A DNA stretch of 57,486 nucleotides from Tubiluchus corallicola. Taxonomy: Eukaryota; Animalia; Priapulida. Positions within the stretch are counted from its first letter, which is position 1; each line of letters begins with the position of its first letter. Location of the stretch: positions 1-57,486 of the forward strand of contig JAQGDQ010001173.1 in NCBI GenBank assembly GCA_030141605.1, read 5' to 3'. Position numbers and translations under genes: made by a program. Positions 48,222-57,486 of the stretch are shown in pieces. The notes beneath the pieces are model-generated. The model searched no databases and had not been told where the DNA came from. It saw only the letters and a list, made by a program, of their open reading frames with translations.

Positions 48222-49324
48222 TCAAAACAAAATTTTCTTGAAAGCCATTTTAAAGTCTGGACTAGAAAATGCGTATATGATTGGATTAAAGGCTGTTGTT
48301 GATGAAACTATTGTTGATGTTAATTATGATTGTTGATAAAACCAAGTGAAAAAAGGATCAACGTTTCGCGTTTCCTTCTATAGGTCGACACATAAATAAA
48401 TGTGTCCTGAATGAACTCGGGTCCCCAACATATCAGAAAAACAAAGGTAACAAAGGCTAACGCTTTTGTTGCTTTCATCTGCCTCACACTTGTCTGGCTT
48501 CCTTGACCTTGACTGTGTATCTGTAAAACGTGCCTTCTTGCAGTTCTCCAAATTAGAGCATACAGTGCAAGAATCGTTAGCATTGGTAAATAAAAGATCA
48601 AAATGAAGTCAAATTTAATTTGGTTTTGTTTTGTTTTTTGGGGGTTTGATACATCACAAACTAACATAATTTGCAACAGCAAAAATGTTTCAGAGCGTGT
48701 TGATTTGTTTGCGAAAGAAAATTGAGTACAGTGCTGCTGTAAGATATTCAGTGTGTTGCAATAAAACTAGGTAAGTTTTAAGGTAAAGATTCAACTTTCA
48801 AAGGTCAGAGTCTGCGCGTTGAGAATGAATTTGAAGTAAACAGTAATTGTAGCCTCAGTTAATGCAATAATCCAAGTAACGCAAAGTGCAGCACCAATGG
48901 CTTCTTTTCTCATGATGCTGTGATACTTGAATGGATGGACAACAGCTATGTATCTTTCAACTGCTATCAGACATAGATGAAACACACTTGCATTTATGGT
49001 TCCATACTGTAAAATGTACTTTATGGTCATCACGTGGCTTGACCTCACTACTGAGTACAATAGCGCTATAATTTCTGTTGACGTGGTGAACCCAATAAGT
49101 AAATCAGTTACAGCCAGTGATGCAACAAGAGCATTCGTTTTAGTTTGCAAACGAGGAAGTTTATAAATTGCAATCAGAACTAATAAGTTTCCTGCAATTA
49201 TAGCAATACATGACAACGCATACAACAGAACGGCTATCACTATCACAGGTTTACTTAAGTAAGCAGATTCATTTTCACTTGTGTTCACAGTAGCGAAATT
49301 ATCAGCGTTGGAAGTAGGATGCAT
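48222..49324 (-). pseudogene. Full-span but disrupted GPCR (TE insertion after TM4; 35-nt insertion in TM7)
   Basis: TM1-4 at 49324-48791; TM5-6 (FYLP...CWGP) at about 48615-48420; LGFIN / insertion / [24 protein letters not shown] ending at 48222. Confidence 0.88.
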
Positions 49325-50490
49325 GCTTTGTGATCACACCACACGTACCATCTCAACAAACTTGCAAGTGCAGACAATGGTAATTCACTTTCATTGATAA
49401 AGAATGCTATAACTTTTCTCTCCAATAACCGAAGAGATAGCCAGAGAAGTAGCAGATGTTTTATTGTAGCGAGAGGTGATAAACCCTTTAGCGTGATGAA
49501 TGTTGTAAAAAGCACGAGCACAATAACGAGAGCTGATAAACCTTTTAGCGTGATGAATGTTGTAAAAAGCACGAGCACAATAACGAGAGGTGATAAACCT
49601 TTTAGCGTGATGAATGTTGTAAAAAGCACGAGCACAATAACGAGAAGTGATAAACCCTTTAGCGTGATGAATGTTGTAAAAAGCACGAGCACAATAACGA
49701 GAAGTGATAAACCCTTTAGCGTGATGAATGTTGTAAAAAGCACGAGCACAATAACGAGAGCTGATAAACCCTTTAGCGTGATGAATGTTGTTAAAAGCAC
49801 GAGCACAATAACGAGAGCTGATAAACCTTTTAGCGTGATGAATGTTGTAAAAAGCACGAGCACAATAACGAGAGGTGATAAACCTTTTAGCGTGATGAAT
49901 GTTGTAAAAAGCACGCGCACAATAACGAGAGGTGATAAACCCTTAAGCGTGACGAATGTTGTTAAAAGCACGAGCACAATAATTATGTACTTCAAGCAAT
50001 CGACATGAGATTGATTCGATAAAATATTATTTACATTAGAGCATAATATTAATTTTATAGATATCTAGTTACCTGCTGAACAATTATCTGACACCAGTGA
50101 AGTGCAGCATACAAGCTGTGTAAGTTTACCTTTGCAATTCAAACGTTTAATAATTAGGCATATGCGGCATTGTTCTCTCACGTACACAAACGTACACGTA
50201 CATAGTGTACTGCAGGGCTGTGATGAGATGAAATGTAATACTGGCAGGGGAAAACAGTAAACTTCTCAGGTGTGCATGTGAACAAGGCTTTATCTGGCAC
50301 AGACTCGTATTCTGACCTTGTGTTGGTAAAGGCCACTAGTCACGTGCACACCTGAGCTTATAAAAAGGGAAGGTCTGCTGTAGACCCTTGTCAGTGGTCG
50401 TGTCTTTCATTGCAGCTCTGTTCACATTTCACAGGCTTGCCGCAAACTCCGTTCTTCTAGGTAAGCTGTTTGTTCCTTATTGGGGGTGTC

Positions 50491-50702
50491 ATATGTTGGG
50501 GACCCGAGTTCATTCAGGACACATTTATTTATGTGTCGACCTATAGAAGGAAACGCGAAACGTTGATCCTTTTTTCACTTGGTTTTATCAACAATCATAA
50601 TTAACATCAACAATAGTTTCATCAACAACAGCCTTTAATCCAATCATATACGCATTTTCTAGTCCAGACTTTAAAATGGCTTTCAAGAAAATTTTGTTTT
50701 GA
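50491..50702 (+). pseudogene. GPCR 3' fragment (CWGP to helix 8), inverted duplicate of 48222-48433
   Basis: Reverse-complement match that includes the TM7 insertion. Confidence 0.88.
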
Positions 50703-53027
50703 CAACCTTTGTTAGTTAATTGCATTAATTGAGCACGGCGTTCTTGGGATAGAGCGGAAACCTTTGCAACATTCCGGAAGTGGTACACACACACGGTTGA
50801 ACAATGTGAGTGAACTACTTGGGATACAGCGGAAACCTTTGCAACATTCCTGAAGTGGTACACACACAGTTGAACAATGTGAAACAATGTGAGTGAACTA
50901 CTTGGGATAGAGCAGAAACCTTTGCAACATTCCTGAAGTGGTACACACACACGGTTGAACAATGTGAGTGAACTACTTTTGATAGAGCGGAAACCTTTTC
51001 AACATTCCTGAAGTGGTACACACACTGTTGAACAATGTGAAACAATGTGAGTGAACTACGTGGGATTGAGCTGAAACCTTTGCAACATTCTTGAAGTGGT
51101 ACACGTGCGGTTGAACAATGTGAGTGAACTACTTGGGATTGAGCGGAAACCTTTGCAACATTCTTGAAGTGGTACACACGCGGTTGAACAATGTGAGTGA
51201 ACTACTTGGGATAGAGCGGAAACCTTTTCAACATTCTTGAAGTGGTACACACGCGGTTGAACAATGTGAGTGAACTACTTGGGATTGAGCGGAAACCTTT
51301 GCAACATTCTTGAAGTGGTACACACACGGTTGAGCAATGTAAAACAATGTGAGTGAACTGCTTGGGATTGAGCGGAAACCTTTGCAACATTCCTGAAGTG
51401 GTGCACACACAGTTGAACAATGTGAGTGAACTACTTGGGATTGAGCGGAAACCTTTGCAACATTCTTGAAGTGGTACACACACGGTTGAACAATGTGAAA
51501 CAATGTGAGTGAACTCCTTGGGATAGAGCGGAAACCTTTGCAACATTCTTGAAGTGGTACACATGCGGTTGAACAATGTGAGTGAACTACTTGGGATTGA
51601 GCGGAAACCTTTGCAACATTCTTGAAGTGGTGCACACGCGGTTGAACAATGTGAGTGAACTACTTGGGATTGAGCGGAAACCTTTGCAACATTCCTGAAG
51701 TGGTACACACACGGTTGAACAATGTGAAACAATGTGAGTGAACTACTTGGGATTGAGCGGAAACCTTTGCAACATTCCTGAAGTGGTACATACACGGTTG
51801 AACAATGTGAAACAATGTGAGTGAACTACTTGAAATGGATGTTCTGTGTGCACTTTGTCATTTGCTAGCAGATTCTCTAACAGAAGAAGAAGAAGAAAGA
51901 CCCTTAGAGTTTTTAAATTCTGAATAATAGGCGTGGCATCAGTTTGATCAACAGCTTAGAATATCAACGAATTTTTTAACATTTCTAATAAGACTGGCAT
52001 CACTTTGATCAAGAGCATAGAATATCAACGAATTTTATAACATTTCTAATAAAATTATAGTTGTGTCATAATGTTTTTGGTCTATTCCAGATTTCTTAAA
52101 TCATTCTTTATTACCCAAAGTTGACTGCTATAGTGTGGTTTGTTGAAGCGTTGATTTTTAATAAAAAATTATAAAATTTATTGAACTTGTAGGTTGTTTA
52201 TTAATGAAAGACCCTTTTTTATGCTCGAGGCAGCGGAAAATGTCTCCCCCGTACACGGGCTTAGCAAACTCAGGACGTCCTAACTCATACACACAAGTCA
52301 AAAAATTAACGTTTAAAATAAATTTAAAAAATTAACATAAAAACTGTTTTAGCCGTCATGGGATATGAATGTCGTATAAGTGTGTATTGTATTTTTAGCT
52401 GGCTGCAACGATATAAGTTGTGAAATCTGGCTTCATTATTGGTATGTGCAACTATGAAATAGTTTCAGTAAAATTCAGTTTATTAGGTAGAGATCTGGTG
52501 ACAGGGGTTGGGATTATTTCTTTTTTGCTGTGAATCTTGTTTCCTGCGAGTTTTTTCTGTGACTTTATTACCTGTGACTTTTGACTTTATTACCTATGAC
52601 TTTATTACCTGTGACTTTTTACCCGTGACTTTTTTACCCGTGATTTTTTTACTCATGACCGTGATTTTTTTACCTGTGAGTTTTTAGCCATGACCGTGAT
52701 TTTTTTTACCTGTGTCTTTTTACCTGTAACTTTTTTACCTGTGACTTTATTACCTGGATTTGGAAATCTAATCTAAATAAAGGATATTAGAATCAACTGG
52801 GGATCAGTAGTACCTGAAGCCTGTCAGTGGTGTGGGACTATTTTTTCTTCTTTTTCACACGGAGGGTAACAAATTTCAGGGCTTGTTTTATTTTAAGTGT
52901 AAACGGTATTAGAGATTAACACTGTAAAAGAGCATTAACTAAAATTACGAAAGCCGTAGTGTGTAGCAGCCCTTAAAGAATCTAATTTTAACATTTATAA
53001 ATCACAAATTTAGACTATGTTTGCATT

Positions 53028-54173
53028 CAGTGGCGTCGTGCCATAGGGGCCCGGCCCCCCCCAATTTTTTTTAGAAAATGTCAAAAATTTGAAGTGCGTC
53101 AGCGGCTCGTAATGAGACCGGTAAGCAAATTTATTTCCGACTTTTTGACACGCGGCCAGCGCTCCATAAATGCGCATGAGTATGTGTTTACCTGAAAGTC
53201 AGGATGTAGTTAATTTGTTTGCATGTAATCTATTCAGGAGGCAGGCAGGAACAGTTAACAAAGCAGCTCGTTGAGTAGCATTAGCGTCTTTGCACAAAAG
53301 ACTGTTAGTTAACAAAACGGCTCAGTTAGCACTCGAGCTTCGTTCAGCAGTGTGTTATAATAGAGAATAAATGAAATAATAGAGCAAAAACAATGCAAAC
53401 ATTGAAGTCATGTTAAGCTAGCCTAGTACCAGAGAGCCAGTTTGTCCAGCTAGCCTAGTACCAGAGAGTCGGTTTGGGAGATACCAATTGATGAGCCACG
53501 GCTCAGCCACCTCCTGATTGGACATTAACGACTCTTTGCTACTCCTTAGTGACTCTTTCCCACGAGTTTGCTGCATAAAAGGGCGTGATTTTGAGCACAT
53601 TTCATCATTTTTCTGCTGCTAGGAAAATCTTTGCTAGTTTTCGCTGCGATTTTAGCTATATTTCTTAAACGATGTCAAGGCCAATCTGACTTCATTTTTC
53701 AAGTCCAACAGTGTTCCCGACACAGGTTCTACGGCGTCTGTATCTACTGTAACGTCGATTCCAACAGAACGAATCCAAAAGGATGAGTACATCCGTCGCG
53801 GGCCATTGCGGGACGTAGTGGATGCATACCCAAAGACCAAAATTGGAGGAAAATCGAGATCATTTCAGGGTCAGTGGTTCAACGATAAGTCCTGGTTGGA
53901 ATACGTAAAGGATATTGATGCTCTGCGTCGGATTCCTGACAGCTGATAAATACTTAATTAAATTTTAATTTAATTTTTAATTTTAATTAAGTTTCCGTTG
54001 CTATAGCTTTTAGTTAAATGCCATGTTAAATAAATCGTTTTTCTTGCGCGCAAAATACTGTTTATTTTTTTCAAAATTAAATTTTCAAAATTTAAAATTC
54101 AAATTTAAACAGTTAAAATCCGCCATTATAGTCGGGCCCCCCCCCCAATTTTTTTGGGTGCACGACGCCCCTG
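53028..54173 (+). mobile_element. Internally deleted hAT (Tip100/ZMYM1-like) DNA transposon
   Basis: TIR CAGTGGCGTCGTGC / GCACGACGCCCCTG; perfect 8-bp TSD TTTGCATT (53020-53027, 54174-54181); transposase N-terminal remnant YIRRGP...YPKTKIGGKSRSFQGQWFNDKSWLEY (start of a TTF-type zinc finger). Confidence 0.92.
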
Positions 54174-54875
54174 TTTGCATTTGTAAAGAATTAACTCGTT
54201 CTTAATTTCTTGGAGTAATAGTTGTAATAGTATTAGTAATACTTTTAAAGTAAAAGTTTATCTCCTGATGAAATTCGTGCCACATTTTACAAAAAACTTG
54301 CCTGTGTATTATGTGTACCCTCTCGGAATTACCTTTCAAAAGTCTTCCTGTAATGGTGTTTTACTTACACTATGGAAACTGACAGATGTAAACCCAGTAT
54401 TTTAAGCAAGGCAAAAGTTCTGATTTAAACAGCTGTGGACAAGTATATCGCTGACTAGTGTAACGTGCAAATTGAAGGAGATGGTTATTGCAGAAAATGT
54501 CATTAAATATCTATGTAATTTTATATTGTATTGTAATGTACATATGCACGTACACTGTCTGTAAATTTAAATTGAGTGTTAGTAAATTAATTAATTAAAT
54601 TAAAATTTGTAATTTATTTACCATTATTTTCTAAAAATATTCTAAAATCTATATCATTATTAGTAATCGATATTGATCTGGTATTCCAATTTTTAAGTGT
54701 TTAACTCGTCTAAAACTTTGTCTAAGTCTCTATGGAAACTATATTTTTCCATAGAGATTTGTGTATCCTATACATAATCCTATAATCCTATATATATATA
54801 TGTCTGATCTCGCTGCCTCTTGTATTTGCTGTTGCTTCTATTCACAGTTGCATAATTGTCTGCTGTCTCTTTCAG

Positions 54876-55232
54876 GTTTACTTGCATAGAAAATGGTTTG
54901 GTCTGGATCTCGCTGACTCCATAGATGCCAAACGGTTGCATCATCAACTGCTGCCAAATCAAGTGCGATACGAAGACGGATTCTCCCCGGTAAGCGACAA
55001 TTTTTAATGGCTTTTCGTTCAAAGAGAAGAAAGGAAAGTTTAAAGTATGTCGCAAAAACTTACTCTCGTTTCACATTTACAGAATGATGTAGAAACTTTG
55101 GTCTCTCGAGGTCACGAGATCTTAGTTCACGACATTGGCGAGTGCGTCGTCCAGGCCATCGAAGTGACGGACAACGGTCAACTCTCCGCTGTCTCTGATT
55201 GGAAGAAGGGTGGTATACCGGATGGGTTTTAG
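54876..55232 (+). CDS. GGT: Gamma-glutamyltransferase (glutathione hydrolase), last two exons 54876-54989 and 55083-55232
   Basis: VYLHRKWFGLDLADSIDAKRLHHQLLPNQVRYEDGFSP | NDVETLVSRGH...VVQAI...AVSDWKKGGIPDGF*; canonical splice sites; typical GGT light-chain C-terminus. Confidence 0.9.
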
Positions 55233-55747
55233 CCGTCCAGTTCCGCGCATCATCGTCGCCATGACCAGAAGCAGAAATTTTTGCAAAATGTGATCATCTA
55301 ATATGTTCTACGCAAAGCAAGCGCTTTCTTAAGGAATTCGTTCCATCTGCAGGCCAGATCTAACAGAGATGAGAAGTGTTTCAGATTTACTTTTCACAAG
55401 CTGATGTTTTTGTTAGATTTAACTTAATCGTGCGACTATTGCGCCGATCAAAAGCAAAAAATCCTGCAAATCATGAGAACCTTTCTTTTGAAAAATGCTT
55501 TTAATTGTCATATTTTAAAATATGAAACTAGATTTCACATTCTCTTGAAGTATTGCTAAAGTTTCTTATGGGATTGGAATGTTCAATTTGCAGCACCCCT
55601 CGAATTTCTCTCTTACATAGGGCCCTAGTATTCACCTTGCATAGTATCCACCATAGATTTTTAGTATAACTACTTACCAGATGACAGATAAAATAGTCAT
55701 TAGGATCTTTTAAATTTTATTTATAAGAACGTGATCAGCCATGCCTT

Positions 55748-57486
55748 AGTAGTATAGATGTTTTGCCTCTGGCCGATTTCCCCGGGGGGTGGGGATTTCC
55801 CCGGGGGGGTGGGGAAAAACACCCCTAAAAAAGTGCGAAAATCCGGAAACACCCCTAAAAAAGTGAAATGGCTCTATTGTCGTGCTAGTTAAGTGACCAA
55901 TTTAAGGATTAGGAGTGACGGTTGGTCGACGGGCCACGCCCCCCTCGACTGCCGGGGGTGGGAACAAAAATCACCCCCCTAAAAAAGTGAAGTGGGTCTA
56001 TTGTTGCGCTAGTTAAGTGCTCGATTTAAGGATTAGGAGTGACGGTTGGGACTCGCGCACGTTTTTGGGGGGGGGGGGGGTGCGCCCGGCGAGAACACCC
56101 CCCCCGCCGCGGTAAATGCAGTCGTCCGTTCGACACGCGCTCGCTGCGCACTTTGCTTGCTCCACCCTAATTGTGGCTAATCCGGTAATCGACTCTCGCC
56201 GCCTAGCTAGCTAGATAATGGGCTAAAAGATTTCTCTACCCACGTGCAGCAGTCTCGTCGTCGTCGTTAAATGGTTAGGATGTTCTTTTATGCGAGTCTA
56301 AATTGCCTTGCAATTTTTAAAAATTTTACCCCACCCTCATCCGGGTTAGAATGTTCTTTTATGCGCGTCTAAGTTGCAATACAATTTTTAAAAATTTTAT
56401 CCTACCTTTATCCGAGATGGATGGATGCCGTCACCGAAAAAGCCTTCTTCGCTCCATCCAATGCGGTCGCATCGTGCAACATACAGTCTACTCACACGCG
56501 CACACACCGCCGAGCACGATTGTTAGCACGGGCCGACCATTAGCACGAACGTTACCGCGTGTAACATACAGTCTACTCACGCGTCGCCGAGCATGATTAA
56601 TTTCTGGGTTTCTTTATTTTTTTGTCAACTGTATCCAACGATGATGATGATGATGATGACGACGATGATGATGCGGTATTACCTAATGCAGAGTCTGATC
56701 TTTGGTCGTCATCCACTTTTTTATCCGACAGAACAATAATAACTAATGTTAGTTAAAATTATCTTTTCATTTTGTAAAAATCTTTCTATCTGTACTAACT
56801 TGCATGTTTAAACCCGCAACGAATGCACTCATCTGATCAGACGCCAAGGCAGGCACGTGTCTATTTTGTAAAAATCTTTCTATCTGTACTAACTCGCATG
56901 TTTAAACCCGCAACGAATGCACTCATCTGATCAGACGCCAAGGCGGGCACGTGTCTATTGCTTAATCCGGTAATTGACTCGACTACCTAGCTAATGAGGG
57001 CTTAATCCGTTAATTGACTTGCGAGACGTGACACCCGCGACTATTTAAGTGCGTGTACCTGTTTTTAAAAAAAAAGCCCGTTGGAATGTACAGCAAGCAG
57101 ACAGTAGGACAGCTGCCGTCTAGATAAAATTGAATGCCTGCAGCCTTCTAGTCTGCACGAATTTCAACGAGTCAGTATTTTTTAGGTGAGGATATATATA
57201 TAATCCCAAAAACTCACAAGTTGCATTAGCCACATTTTTATTGAAAGATTTCTTTTTTGACAATAGGGTATTTAAAATTTTACTTTTATCTAGACTAGAT
57301 GTACAAAGAGAAAAAACTGAGGCGCTTTACTATTAGACTAAAATTGCCAGAGACTGAAGTGTATTTACTTTTTAAAATATTCATTTATCTTTATCCCGAT
57401 GGGGTGTACCTTTACTATTTAAAAAATATTCATTTATCTTTATCCTGGTCGGATGCTTTCTTCCGGTTGACAAAAACGATGTTGGG
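55748..57486. mobile_element. Probable Polinton/Maverick terminal inverted repeat region, running off the window
   Basis: Abrupt composition change starting AGTAGTATAG; GC-rich arm with several internal tandem duplications (55775-55815, 55817-55866, 55850-56050, 56270-56410, 56770-56958); no ORF in view. Confidence 0.45.

Larger units (their letters stand above)
44261..52665. other. Complex inverted duplication (A, B, x, A-inverted, B-inverted) around one GPCR gene
   Basis: 44261-46112 is the reverse complement of 48647-50495; 46262-48433 is the reverse complement of 50491-about 52665. Confidence 0.92.

Noticed and set aside
47129-48336. Cys-rich ORFs (CVPLQECCKGF repeats) and their mirror at 50588-51795
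   Set aside because: Unit lengths of 73 and 83 bp are not multiples of three, so these are repeat shadows.

Overview
AT-rich genomic DNA from an invertebrate animal: GT-AG spliced genes, many transposon relics, no prokaryotic features. In order, the window holds: (1) an apparent terminal exon of a ZER1/ZYG11-like gene (minus) with one 17-codon segment amplified about 53 times; (2) a degenerate, internally duplicated exon for a perivitellin-2-like MACPF accessory (IMAD-type) domain; (3) a spliced secreted-protein gene (signal peptide, stop-containing EGF exon, CxxC-(GPP)3, Gly/Tyr/Arg/acidic repeats with 8 GRR sites) converging on a pentraxin-domain gene of at least 6 exons, the two sharing a homologous upstream block; (4) C-type lectin pseudo-exons; (5) a Penelope-like 3' end with a candidate minimal hammerhead ribozyme; (6) a cluster of intronless class A GPCRs (2 intact, the rest broken) lacking the canonical TM3-ECL2 disulfide; (7) a 5S rRNA-headed SINE with an RTE-derived body and tail; (8) an 8.4-kb dup-INV-dup rearrangement; (9) an internally deleted hAT element with a perfect 8-bp TSD; (10) the last two exons of a gamma-glutamyltransferase; (11) a probable Polinton/Maverick terminus at the right edge. 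Eight young minisatellite families account for most of the long ORFs in the track. Family assignments come from recalled motifs, not database searches.
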